DNA from: an uncultured cyanobacterium
GTDB lineage: Bacteria; Cyanobacteriota; Cyanobacteriia; Cyanobacteriales; Chroococcidiopsidaceae
NCBI GenBank assembly: GCA_946221495.1
Contig: CAMIFA010000005.1
Coordinates: 4,208 to 68,207 of the forward strand
DNA: 64,000 bases
Direction of reading: 5' to 3'
Positions 9,455 through 18,686 of the stretch are shown here, piece after piece. The notes beneath the pieces were generated by a model, which worked only from the letters and a program-made list of their open reading frames with translations, ran no database searches and was not told where the DNA came from. Position 1 is the first letter of the stretch; each line of letters starts with the position of its first letter. Position numbers and translations under genes: made by a program.

Positions 9455-9769
9455 ATGTTAGTTCAAATGGCGAAAGGCACTCTTTTAGTGACTAAGCTAG
9501 TCATAAACACTTGGACAGGTGAAGCGTTTGTCTTTGGTCTGCCAGAGCATATGCTGTGTCCTACAGGACAATACATGGACGCATCGGATGGTTCCTGTAA
9601 CACAGGTTTTTATAACAGGGTTGGCGAAGTTCGTATCCCCACTGAAGTTGACTTTGACGGCGATGGTGCGGCGGATACAGTCTTTCTATACGATCCTGAG
9701 AATGACACTTGGGTTGATATGGCTGAAAATGACCCGTGCAAAGGTTACGAGGATGACCCGACCTGCTGA
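9455..9769 (+). CDS. Hypothetical acidic Cys-containing small protein (island cargo)
   Basis: 104 aa with an acidic C-terminus DFDGDGAADTVFLYDPENDTWVDMAENDPCKGYEDDPTC. The overlapping alternative frame 9519..9794 is less protein-like. Confidence 0.3.
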   Translation: MLVQMAKGTLLVTKLVINTWTGEAFVFGLPEHMLCPTGQYMDASDGSCNTGFYNRVGEVRIPTEVDFDGDGAADTVFLYDPENDTWVDMAENDPCKGYEDDPTC

Positions 9770-9974
9770 TGGTCTTAGGAAGCCAAAGCCCTAACGATGC
9801 CAGACTTAGACCCCCCTGTTGATGCCATATAAGCAGACAGGGGTTTTTACATATTCACTTGTAGGCAACACAAGGGGGCTTGGATGCCTGAAGATGGACA
9901 AGCGATGTATGCTGAGTTATCATTAAGACACTTGATCAGGAGAACGATCATACAAGCCAACGGGACTATCACTA

Positions 9975-10127
9975 ATGGCAACTAAATATCAACTAAGGTT
10001 GACTGAAGACCAACACCAAGCATTTACAGAAACCGCTAAAAGTCTAGGTTTATCTCTGGCTGACTTTCTAAGACTTGCAGCGATCGAGAAGGTTGAACAG
10101 GTGCGGAAGGATCGCAAGTCTGCATAA
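9975..10127 (+). CDS. Small RHH/CopG-like protein (50 aa; not in the ORF track)
   Basis: MATKYQLRLTEDQHQAFTETAKSLGLSLADFLRLAAIEKVEQVRKDRKSA: an L-R-L-T beta strand followed by two helices, the classic ribbon-helix-helix layout. ATG at 9975, stop TAA at 10125-10127. Confidence 0.45.
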   Translation: MATKYQLRLTEDQHQAFTETAKSLGLSLADFLRLAAIEKVEQVRKDRKSA

Positions 10128-10297
10128 TAGCTCCCTAGAATAGCTGATAAGTTATTGTTATAGCTGCATGGAGCTACATAAACCATCTGTATGTATCCTG
10201 CTATTTAAAGAGATGGACAAACAATGGATACGGAGTTATAATAGAAACATCAAAAGGCAAATAACTCTACACAACGCCTCCAAAAAGACTTAAGACC

Positions 10298-10864
10298 ATG
10301 AACTACAAAGACTATCAGAACGCCCTAAAGAACCTACGTAATGACGGCTACGATGTCCAAGTCAAACTCAACAGCAAGCTAGAGGTTCTTAAGGTTGAAT
10401 ATGATCGCCTGATGACCGTCCCAGAGCATTTACAGCAACTAGAACCTCTGACGGCTGATGAGTTTAACGAGATGGTTTACGGCATATCACCTGTAGAAGC
10501 TATAGCAACCCCTTCCGAGACTTCCAAGAGTCTAGAACCCTTACAGGCTATAGCAGAAACCAATATCGCCTTAAAACCTGTAGAAGTCCTAGAACCCTTA
10601 CAGGCAAATGATGAAACGTATTTCGCCAAGTCAACCAAGGACTATTGGATAGACAGGACTGGGGTATCAAGTCAGCTAGAGATAACGCAAGTCCAAGCGT
10701 TTAGGAACCTCCAAGATGGGTGGCGATCCCTCAAGCAACTAGGCAGAAACCTACAAAGCTTTAAGAAGGGTTTTGATGATCGTCTGAAGCAACTAGAGGC
10801 ATCTAAGAAGCCCAAAACTAATAATGTCGTCCAGATGCCTTTAAGGATGCCCCAAGCTGCTTAA
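10298..10864 (+). CDS. Hypothetical protein (island cargo)
   Basis: 188 aa with an internal near-repeat SLEPLQAIAETNIALKPVEVLEPLQANDE. No recognised domain. Confidence 0.4.
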   Translation: MNYKDYQNALKNLRNDGYDVQVKLNSKLEVLKVEYDRLMTVPEHLQQLEPLTADEFNEMVYGISPVEAIATPSETSKSLEPLQAIAETNIALKPVEVLEPLQANDETYFAKSTKDYWIDRTGVSSQLEITQVQAFRNLQDGWRSLKQLGRNLQSFKKGFDDRLKQLEASKKPKTNNVVQMPLRMPQAA

Positions 10865-11014
10865 GGAGTTTCGATAGCCCCCCTTGGCTATCTGAGAGAA
10901 CCTGTCAGACGGGTTGTAAACCACCAATGCTCTAAAGAACACGGATAGACCTGAGAACGTCTCTAAACTTCTCAATGTCCCAACTAAGTCCCTAAAAAAA
11001 TAAAGCTAGAAACT

Positions 11015-11275
11015 ATGTTTATTGATATTCCTGAAGGCTTGCGTATAGCTCTGTATGTAACGCTTATCAATGAGGATGTTCTAAATGGAACTTACAGCGA
11101 CCTCAGATCCGCTCTAAAAGCTAAAAACTGGTTCCTGTATGAATATCGGCAAATGGTGAGAGACGCTAGACGGGCTGGATATGCGGTGGAGTCTTTAGAC
11201 ACTCAAGGTGATCTGAGAGCCAGACGGACAAGACTTGAAACTCTATATCAGGGGGTCTTAGCAAAAAACTGTTAA
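11015..11275 (+). CDS. Hypothetical small protein (island cargo)
   Basis: 86-aa ORF in the co-oriented block preceding the integrase. Confidence 0.35.
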   Translation: MFIDIPEGLRIALYVTLINEDVLNGTYSDLRSALKAKNWFLYEYRQMVRDARRAGYAVESLDTQGDLRARRTRLETLYQGVLAKNC

Positions 11276-11366
11276 GCACAAAATATGGATAGGACATCTT
11301 AAGGGCATCAAGAACCCATGTCAACAGACCCGACGTTAAACATTCTTTAGAAACCATCAATACAAA

Positions 11367-11564
11367 ATGTCTCAAAGTCTTGCAGATAAACAAAAGAATA
11401 GCCCCCTGCAACAACTGAAGCGGTCTAGGGCAAATGCTAGAAGACATAAGGTTATTCTGAGGTTTCTAGAGAAAGTCAGAGATAACCCCGATATGTCCCC
11501 AGAACAAAAACGAGAAGTTGCCATCAAAGTTAGGGAACTTCTCGAACAACTAGAGACGGCGTAG
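11367..11564 (+). CDS. Hypothetical small basic protein (possible excisionase/regulator)
   Basis: 65 aa, basic and helical (KRSRANARRHKVILRFLEKVRDN). It sits just upstream of the convergent integrase. Confidence 0.3.
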   Translation: MSQSLADKQKNSPLQQLKRSRANARRHKVILRFLEKVRDNPDMSPEQKREVAIKVRELLEQLETA

Positions 11565-11625
11565 AGATATAGAAGAACTCATTATCAAACTACAGCCCCC
11601 TCAGAATGACTAAGGGGGCTTTGGC

Positions 11626-12714
11626 TTACACAGGCATCTTAGGCAAACTAGGACGGTTAACTATATGTCCGTAGGTTTGGATAACCATCCTAGTGTTCTT
11701 ATGACCTGCTAGATAGGCTACACCAGTTAGAGAAGTGCCTTGCTCTACAGCATAACTTAGTGTCGTATGCCGGATAGCGTGTAGCTTTCTATAAGGGATG
11801 TCACAAGCTGCTAAAACTTTAACCCAGTGCCTCTCACGGAAGTTATCAGCGTCAATAACACAACCCTTAACCGTAGTGAAGACTAGGCACTCAGGTTTAA
11901 CCTCTGAGGGTCTAAGGGTTAACAACAAGCTTCTAAGTTCTGGACTAAGTGTTAAATGCCTGACACTGCCTGTTTTAGTTTCTTTCCGTATCCTTTGATA
12001 GCCGTTGCCTGTAACATCTTTGGATAAGGACTCGCTTATCGTCAACTCATTACGCTTAAAGTCTATACGGTTCCACCTAAGCCCTATGGCTTCAGATATT
12101 CTAACTCCAGTCAGAAATAAGAACCTAACAAACGGGACATAATGAGGCGCTTGATCTTCAAAACCTTTGACTATCAAAGCCGTCTCGCTTATGCTAAATG
12201 GCTTAACCTCCTTAAAGGGCTTCTTACGAGACTTAAGGCTTTCAAATGAGTTGACCAAGCCTTGTTTAGCAGCCCATTTGCCAAAAGACTTAAGATAACT
12301 TAGGCGATCATTGTAGGTTACAGCAGCGAGAGGAGCTTGAGTAAACCATGTTGTATCTGTAAGGCTTGGGTTAGCCTTGAGGATCATTCGCCTAACCCAT
12401 TCGTAGTGATCTGCCTTAGTTGCTGCTGAGAGGTCTAAGGTGTTAACCCAAAGATCCCAAAGCTCTAACAAGTTATTAGGCTTAGTTAACTCAGGCGTTG
12501 TCTTAGGTGCTAGTCGATATTTCTGTAGTGTCGGATCAAGACACCCCGCTAGGATGTCGTTCTGTATTTTAACCGCGATCGCTTTAGCTGTCTGTAGGTC
12601 TCTTTTGTTGCTGTAGTCACCACCTGGAATAGGGTTAAAGCTGTATCGTTTGCTTCCGTAACTAAACTTAAGTTGTATAGATCCGTTGTTGTTAAAAGGC
12701 TTTATTTCTCTCAT
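11626..12714 (-). CDS. int: Tyrosine-type site-specific integrase/recombinase
   Basis: 362 aa. Catalytic signature R (LTGVRISEA) ... K ... H-x-x-R (HAIRHT) ... H (AGHKN) ... Y (IQTYGH). The start codon is 68 bp from attR. Confidence 0.85.
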   Translation of the reverse strand: MREIKPFNNNGSIQLKFSYGSKRYSFNPIPGGDYSNKRDLQTAKAIAVKIQNDILAGCLDPTLQKYRLAPKTTPELTKPNNLLELWDLWVNTLDLSAATKADHYEWVRRMILKANPSLTDTTWFTQAPLAAVTYNDRLSYLKSFGKWAAKQGLVNSFESLKSRKKPFKEVKPFSISETALIVKGFEDQAPHYVPFVRFLFLTGVRISEAIGLRWNRIDFKRNELTISESLSKDVTGNGYQRIRKETKTGSVRHLTLSPELRSLLLTLRPSEVKPECLVFTTVKGCVIDADNFRERHWVKVLAACDIPYRKLHAIRHTTLSYAVEQGTSLTGVAYLAGHKNTRMVIQTYGHIVNRPSLPKMPV

Positions 12715-12781
12715 CAGTCCTAGACCTGTCCTAAAGAAATATCCTTAGAACAGCTAGATGGCTCTACATTAGTTCTTTGAG

Positions 12782-12840
12782 GTTGGTAGAGCGCTGCGAT
12801 CGCACCGCAGAGGTCAGGGGTTCGAGTCTCCTATTCTCCA
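12782..12840 (+). repeat. attR: partial tRNA-Ala 3' copy, second copy of the 59-bp direct repeat
   Basis: Identical to 5843..5901. It lies 68 bp from the integrase start codon. No 5' acceptor/D-stem precedes it, so it is not a functional tRNA. Confidence 0.8.
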
Positions 12841-12987
12841 TTCGATAGAACCCTGTGATTAAGAGGGTTTTGTCATCGTATAGAGCAAATTTCAGCGTCC
12901 CATTCTTAATAAGTAACTTCAGACTAGAGGAGATTTCTGTAAATAGTTTATTACGTACCGGAGCAAGCTTCCCTTTTGTTATTCAAT

Positions 12988-13344
12988 TCACCACCAAGGT
13001 TGAAAGCTTCCGCCACCACCCAGAAACTCACCTAACGTCCGCATAGTATCTGTAATCATCTTTCGCTCCTCAAGCTTTTCCTGACGACGTTGCTCTATTT
13101 TTCGCTCTTGTTCATCCTGTTGCTGCATCTGCATTTGTTGCTGCTGATGTGCTTCGTATGCTAGTTCCAATTCTAATTGCTCCAAATATTCTATCGGCTG
13201 TTGTTCTAGCTCTTTCAGCAAAGCTGCCGCTTGTTGAATGTCTTTTTGGGCTTCTTGCTTAACTGCCGTAGCAAGAAATGGATATTTTTCTTCAGTAATA
13301 GGAACCGCAAAACTAGGTTTTGCTACACCAAAAAAAGTAATCAC
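12988..13344 (-). CDS. Hypothetical secreted coiled-coil protein
   Basis: 118 aa. N-terminal hydrophobic signal-like segment, then a Q/E-rich coiled coil (QQQMQMQQQDEQERKIEQRRQEKLEERK). Confidence 0.4.
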   Translation of the reverse strand: MITFFGVAKPSFAVPITEEKYPFLATAVKQEAQKDIQQAAALLKELEQQPIEYLEQLELELAYEAHQQQQMQMQQQDEQERKIEQRRQEKLEERKMITDTMRTLGEFLGGGGSFQPWW

Positions 13345-13906
13345 GATTAGAGTAATTATAGGTATTTTGTGAATAACAGATTTCTTTTAAATCTCCTAAT
13401 CTTTATACAAAATTATTCTTTTAATCAATTCTTCTATTTCAGTCGATATATTATCTTGAATAAGAACACTTTTTAGCCATTGATGCGATCACATCTTCAC
13501 TTGCTTTATCCATACCTCTTCTGAAACATTGGATTTAACCTTTGTTGAATCAGCGTCCAGGTAAGTTGTCTCTGCGCTTCATCGGCTAAACGCTCGTCGG
13601 CGTATACTCCCACAAAGCTCCAATTTCTGCCATAATCAACTGAGTAAAGCAAACTGATGGTGCGTTGGGTTTTGTAGCCATAATTGTTGTAGTTATACAT
13701 ATTCTTTTCCTTCTTATTAATTAGGATTTACTAGCACTATTGCTGGGTTTTGTATTAATTGAAATAATCTGAATCCAGTATGGCTTGCTGTGACCATAGT
13801 TGCCATTAGTGGAATTACACACACCCCTTTAAAGATTTGATAAACATCAGGAGCAATCATACCTGTGGTTAAACATTTGCACTTGCCAATTCTTAATAGA
13901 TTAGTT

Positions 13907-14329
13907 TCATCGCTGTTCGCAAAAAATTCCAAACAACGAACCAGGGTGAATTCCTTCCCACTTAGAATTGACAGAGACTACTGCTAAAGGTTCTCCGTCA
14001 CTCGAAATAATAATAGGGGGATACTCAGCACGAGGATTATAGGCGCTGAAGTCTGAATATCTACTGCCGTAATCTCCATACTGTGATAACAAGCTTAAAT
14101 CTGAATATTTACTGCCGTAATCCCCGTAGCGATTGCAGATAGATTTATCACTATAACGATCACTAGAGATAACCCCCAAAAACTGTTGAGTTTTGGGATT
14201 AAATATAAAAGCATTGCCATCTAAGTCAGATAAACCCTCAGCCGAGCCAGGTAATGGCGCGCTCATAAGTAGCGCCGAGGCTGAAATTGCCGCCGTCAAA
14301 AACTTCATCTTCATAAAATGAATTTCCAC
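13907..14329 (-). CDS. Hypothetical secreted protein with YGDYGS(K/R)YSD repeats
   Basis: 140 aa. Signal peptide MKFLTAAISASALLMSAPLPGSA. Tandem motifs YGDYGSKYSDLS / YGDYGSRYSDFS. Confidence 0.4.
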   Translation of the reverse strand: MEIHFMKMKFLTAAISASALLMSAPLPGSAEGLSDLDGNAFIFNPKTQQFLGVISSDRYSDKSICNRYGDYGSKYSDLSLLSQYGDYGSRYSDFSAYNPRAEYPPIIISSDGEPLAVVSVNSKWEGIHPGSLFGIFCEQR

Positions 14330-14651
14330 AAGTCAGTTATTAATGTTGAATGCGATCGCCTTTTTAAAAATTAGATACAATCGCCTCTTGATTAATATCA
14401 TCGTTTCTGAACTTGGCTAATTTCCTCGGAATTATTACTAGAATTGATTCCTTTTACAAACTCTTCATAACTGTGTTTTTACTGAAATAACTTTGCACTA
14501 ACAAAAATGCACTCAATTTCAAAATGCTGACGCTGATTTAGCAAAACTGATTTTGCTTGATAGCTGTCAATTGCATCCATCAATTTTTAAGCAATGGTAA
14601 AGAGGCATCCCAAACCTGAGTTGGCTATTTTACGGCAACTACGACGTATTC

Positions 14652-14864
14652 ATGGCTTATCATAGGGCTATGAGAAAACGGGATACACAGTCAGGGCAGT
14701 TTGTGACAGATTCGGAGCCAGTAGTTAGCAAGCCGATTAGCGTTCGGTTGCCACCGAGTCTTGAGGCTGAACTTAGAGAGGTTGCTGGCGATGCGATCGC
14801 CCCTTGGATTAGAGAAGCGATTGCTGAGAAACTCAAGAGAGAAAAGCATCATAAATCTGCATAA
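14652..14864 (+). CDS. Hypothetical small protein, possibly RHH-like
   Basis: 70 aa. ISVRLPPSLEAELREVAGDAIAPWIREAIAEKL resembles a beta strand plus two helices. Weak call. Confidence 0.3.
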   Translation: MAYHRAMRKRDTQSGQFVTDSEPVVSKPISVRLPPSLEAELREVAGDAIAPWIREAIAEKLKREKHHKSA

Positions 14865-14953
14865 TCCCATGTCTACATGGTAAAATCAGGTGATACTAAT
14901 TCTAATTACTTGATGGCTGCGTTCATTAAACGCGGACACAGTCGTATACAACT

Positions 14954-15280
14954 ATGACTAACAGCAATAACAAACTTGACCGGATTGAAGCTCTACTAGA
15001 ACGCTCTATTGTTGCCAGTGACGAGCGGATGACGCGCCTAGAACAGTCAATACTAGCTAGCGACGAGCGATTAAGTCGTATTGAGCAAGGGCTAGAACGT
15101 TTAGAGCAGGTGGTTACTTCAAATAACCGTTTTTTGGAGTCGTTCAGCACAGATATCAAGCGTTATGTTGACATGATGAATAACTTGGCGACTCGGATTG
15201 ATGGCGTGATTGCCACAAATAATCAAGATAGGCAGGAAACCAACTCACGGCTGGCTACAATCCAGCGCTGCTGTAAGTGA
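14954..15280 (+). CDS. Hypothetical coiled-coil protein
   Basis: 108 aa. Repeated LERS..ASDER..RLEQ heptads. Confidence 0.4.
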   Translation: MTNSNNKLDRIEALLERSIVASDERMTRLEQSILASDERLSRIEQGLERLEQVVTSNNRFLESFSTDIKRYVDMMNNLATRIDGVIATNNQDRQETNSRLATIQRCCK

Positions 15281-15329
15281 GATCGCCAGACATTTAGGGG
15301 TAATATGAAGTCCGAGTGCGACAGGATTC

Positions 15330-16184
15330 TTAGATCCAGGGTTCATCGTCATCTTCTATAGTTGTTGGATCTGTTGCTTGGGTTGGGTTACTAGTTGGTG
15401 CAGAGAACTCTGGTGGAATATGAGATTTCTTAATTGCTGGTTCTAAATTCTCTTTAACTTGCTCTGTCAAAGTTTGAGTATTTTCTTTAACTTGTTCGCC
15501 AATAATTTGCGTGCGTTCTCTTACTTGTTTAGCTAAATTTTGCGTTCCTTCTTTGAGTTGTTCATTGAACGATTGCACCCCATCCTTTGCTTGTTCTGCT
15601 AGCGATCGCAACTCTTGGGTAGCGATTATATAGTCTTCTTTAAAGATATTTTTTGCTTTAGATAATTTGCGCTTAATGCCTTCGCTATACACTGCTAAAT
15701 TTTGGGTTGCTGCTTCTGAAACTAGAACTCGTTTGTTACCAAAACTCAAAATTTTACTCGGTGGTAGTAAATAAACACTACCCGCAATTCCACCCCAGCC
15801 GTTTGAAACAAATAAATAATGAATGATTTCCCCAGTTTTAAAGTTAAATAAGCAGTCAACTATTCTGCCAGTTTTATTTCCCGCGTCACTCCAAACTTCA
15901 CAATTAATCAAAGATTCCAGCTGCCGAACTTTCTCCGAATCTGTCTCCACTGGCTTGGCATTAACCAAAATACTATTTGCTCCCAATGTTTTGATTTGAG
16001 ATAGGTTAAATGCTGTTTTTTTAGTTCCTAAAAAGCCAGACTTACAAATAAAACCTAACACTCGATGTACTGGCGGATGCATCCACAACACATCTATGTG
16101 TCCGAGTTCTGCCATACTGCTACGATCAAGAACTAATTGGTTCAGCAAGTCACTTTGCCTGACAACCTCTGGTTGAGTCGCCAT
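15330..16184 (-). CDS. PRC-barrel domain protein with C-terminal helical repeats
   Basis: 284 aa. Two PRC-barrel-like segments (GHIDVLWMHPPVHRVLGFI... and GRIVDCLFNFKTGEIIHYLFV...GSVYLLPPSKI), then repeated EQ.KE.TQ.L helices. Confidence 0.5.
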   Translation of the reverse strand: MATQPEVVRQSDLLNQLVLDRSSMAELGHIDVLWMHPPVHRVLGFICKSGFLGTKKTAFNLSQIKTLGANSILVNAKPVETDSEKVRQLESLINCEVWSDAGNKTGRIVDCLFNFKTGEIIHYLFVSNGWGGIAGSVYLLPPSKILSFGNKRVLVSEAATQNLAVYSEGIKRKLSKAKNIFKEDYIIATQELRSLAEQAKDGVQSFNEQLKEGTQNLAKQVRERTQIIGEQVKENTQTLTEQVKENLEPAIKKSHIPPEFSAPTSNPTQATDPTTIEDDDEPWI

Positions 16185-16505
16185 AAAAACTTTAAGATTG
16201 GTAATACCTGTATTTTTAAGTTTATCTTAGTGACTTAGAGTAATAGTGATTCAAACTGATGCCCTACAGTAAAACTTTATATAAGTAATCTATCTTAAGG
16301 CTGATATAAGATAAACTTTTTTATCTAAACTAAAAATGATGGTGAATGCAGTCAAATCAGGGGTTTGATAAGTTTATGTCAAGTTATTGATCACTTTGTT
16401 AAGCATTTCGTAACTCTTGTATCATCTTGTGTAATCTAGTCTTTGATACCTTTACGATGAGGCTATCTTCAAAAGAAGATAAAGAAATTATTAAGGAAAT
16501 GTCTT

Positions 16506-16715
16506 ATGACTCCAACAATCTTGCGTCAGCTATGGTCTGTAGTTGAAACAACTCAGGCGCACATACTGTTAAAGCTGGATGATGCAAGCCTAGTGCAGTG
16601 GTTACTGAAGCAAATTAAAACCCAAGCATCGCTCGATCAACAAGAAATGCATATTCTCAAAGAATATATTTACTCTCGGCTAAATCTGATTCGGGATTTA
16701 GCTGAAGAACGCTAG
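16506..16715 (+). CDS. Hypothetical small protein
   Basis: 69-aa ORF with balanced composition. Confidence 0.3.
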   Translation: MTPTILRQLWSVVETTQAHILLKLDDASLVQWLLKQIKTQASLDQQEMHILKEYIYSRLNLIRDLAEER

Positions 16716-16737
16716 TAATTTTTTTAGTAGAATTAGC

Positions 16738-17337
16738 TTAATTTCTTTCTATATAAGGACTTGGTGATTGTTCTAAAGGGGGAAAAGCAGCAGGTATTGG
16801 TGCTTGACTTGAAGAGGCAAGTGTTCGTGAGACTAAAGTGTATCCCAGGTAAGCAGGTAGAATTAAAGCTACCATTGCGGCGATCGCACTAAACCAAATT
16901 CCCGGCTGCCAAGTAGAACCATACTGGCATCGATAAGGGTCAAAATTTAGGAAATCAGCTTTAATAATTTCTCTTAAGGCGATCGGACGCTTAAACCGGA
17001 CACGCCGATCATCAAGCTTTTCCAACATAATCCAGCCAGCTTCTGCTTCTTCCTCACACAAGCACTGGAAAATTGCTGGATCTCGAAATAAGTTGCGATT
17101 AGCGCGGACAATCTTGAATTCCCAACCAACTAAACGTGGATCTTTAGACTGCTGCTTGCCAGAACCATTCAGTTGCTGATGCACTACAAGCGCATTTTCT
17201 TTAGATTCGTATTGAGTCAAAATTTCCTCCTCCTCTTCTTGATTAGCCCTCATCTGCCGCCAGCGCATCCAGCTACCAATTACCACAGCTTCTAACCCTA
17301 GACTACTGACAAGGCTGCCTAACACAATTTCGAGCAT
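16738..17337 (-). CDS. Hypothetical membrane protein
   Basis: 199 aa. N- and C-terminal hydrophobic helices flank a charged domain. Confidence 0.4.
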   Translation of the reverse strand: MLEIVLGSLVSSLGLEAVVIGSWMRWRQMRANQEEEEEILTQYESKENALVVHQQLNGSGKQQSKDPRLVGWEFKIVRANRNLFRDPAIFQCLCEEEAEAGWIMLEKLDDRRVRFKRPIALREIIKADFLNFDPYRCQYGSTWQPGIWFSAIAAMVALILPAYLGYTLVSRTLASSSQAPIPAAFPPLEQSPSPYIERN

Positions 17338-17376
17338 ATTAGGTGTTTATTACACTAAATTAAAGGGATAGTAGCT

Positions 17377-18558
17377 TTACTTAAGATTTAAAGGCAAATA
17401 TCCTTCTACTAAACAATCCGTTCCTACAGTCCGCCAGGTTGTTCTTTCTAGCGATAGTGCCTGAGGCATGGCTGTGAAACCTAAATCGCCAACAGGTGTA
17501 GGAGCATTACTGCCACCAATAATTTTAGGAGCAATAAAGGCAAGAATTTTTTGGACTGCTCCTTCAGCGATCGCGCTTGCAGCTAATGTGCCGCCACATT
17601 CCCATAACACAGACAAAAACCCCCGTTCATACAAGTACGCCATTGCTGTCGTGGGAGTCAAAGACATTAACTCCACCACCTCCACTTTCTTTTGCCGCAG
17701 CAAGTCTTGAAAATCTGGATTAGCTTTCACCTTTGTTAACACCAAAGTAGGAACTTCATGCGTTTGCCACAAATATGCTTCAGTTGGTAAGTCTAGAGTG
17801 CGACTCATAACCACGCGCAAAGGATTAGGAGCCTGTTGTTGATGACTAGTTAAATGCGGATTGTCTCGCCGCATTGTATTACCGCCAATAATTATCGCAT
17901 CACAAGCAGAGCGCAACCTATGTACTTCATTTCGGGCTTCTATGCTAGTGATCCAGGCACTGTGACCGTTACTAGTGGCAATTTTGCCATCTAAGGTCAT
18001 CGCATATTTTAAGATCCCAAAAGGTTTGTGGTAGAGGATACGGTGGATAAAAGCTTCATTTAAGGAGCGACAATCATTTTCTTCCACCCCTACTAATACT
18101 TCAATGCCTGCCTCTTGCAATGTAGCAATGCCACCCCCCGATACTCGCGGATCAGGATCGACCATTCCTACCACTACTTTTGCCACTCCAGCTGCTACTA
18201 AAGCAGAAGCACAAGGGGGGGTGCGCCCGTAATGATTACAAGGCTCTAGATTGACATAAACAGTTGCACCTAAGCCACGATCGCCAGCTGCTTTCAGGGC
18301 AAAAACTTCCGCATGGGGTTGACCTGCTCCTGGGTGAAAACCTTCGCCAACAATTTGCCGATCTTGGACAATGACAGATCCTACTAAGGGATTTGGTGCA
18401 GTGCGTCCTAAAGCAGAACGAGCAAGTGTCAAACATCGCTGCATCATTTCGCGGTCAAAAACAGTTCCCACTTTTTCTGATGCTGTCGGAAATGGCGATC
18501 GCCCTGGGGTGGAGTCCTGAATGTAAGTTCTGTCTAAGCCATCTGGTTGAGCGTTCAC
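17377..18558 (-). CDS. ribD: Bifunctional riboflavin biosynthesis protein RibD (pyrimidine deaminase / reductase)
   Basis: 393 aa. CMP/dCMP deaminase zinc motif HAE...PCxxC (GQPHAEVFAL...LEPCNHYGRTPPCA), then a RibD C-terminal reductase domain. Confidence 0.85.
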   Translation of the reverse strand: MNAQPDGLDRTYIQDSTPGRSPFPTASEKVGTVFDREMMQRCLTLARSALGRTAPNPLVGSVIVQDRQIVGEGFHPGAGQPHAEVFALKAAGDRGLGATVYVNLEPCNHYGRTPPCASALVAAGVAKVVVGMVDPDPRVSGGGIATLQEAGIEVLVGVEENDCRSLNEAFIHRILYHKPFGILKYAMTLDGKIATSNGHSAWITSIEARNEVHRLRSACDAIIIGGNTMRRDNPHLTSHQQQAPNPLRVVMSRTLDLPTEAYLWQTHEVPTLVLTKVKANPDFQDLLRQKKVEVVELMSLTPTTAMAYLYERGFLSVLWECGGTLAASAIAEGAVQKILAFIAPKIIGGSNAPTPVGDLGFTAMPQALSLERTTWRTVGTDCLVEGYLPLNLK

Positions 18559-18686
18559 CGTAAAATTATCTATAGAATCTGGGCATATTATAAAGTCGCT
18601 GGCATATTAGTTTTTGGTCTTCAGACATTAGACTTAATAGGCACTTTACACGAGTATTGCAACACCATTATTGGGTTTTCTGTTAA

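Larger units (their letters stand above)
5902..12840. mobile_element. Integrated genetic element (~6.9 kb) in the tRNA-Ala 3' end; integrase + VapE-like replication protein + RHH regulators + iterons
   Basis: Bounded by the 59-bp direct repeat. Contains a tyrosine integrase, a VapE/VirE-family P-loop protein, small RHH proteins, an iteron/AT-rich region and several hypothetical small ORFs. There are no structural phage genes. Confidence 0.7.

Noticed and set aside
9519-9794. 91-aa ORF in an alternative frame overlapping 9455..9769
   Set aside because: The overlapping frame gives a more protein-like acidic product. Only one of the two can be real.
13506-13932. Two short minus-strand ORFs (64 and 71 aa)
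   Set aside because: There is no recognisable motif and their composition is odd. They may be real small genes or remnants; I cannot support a call either way.
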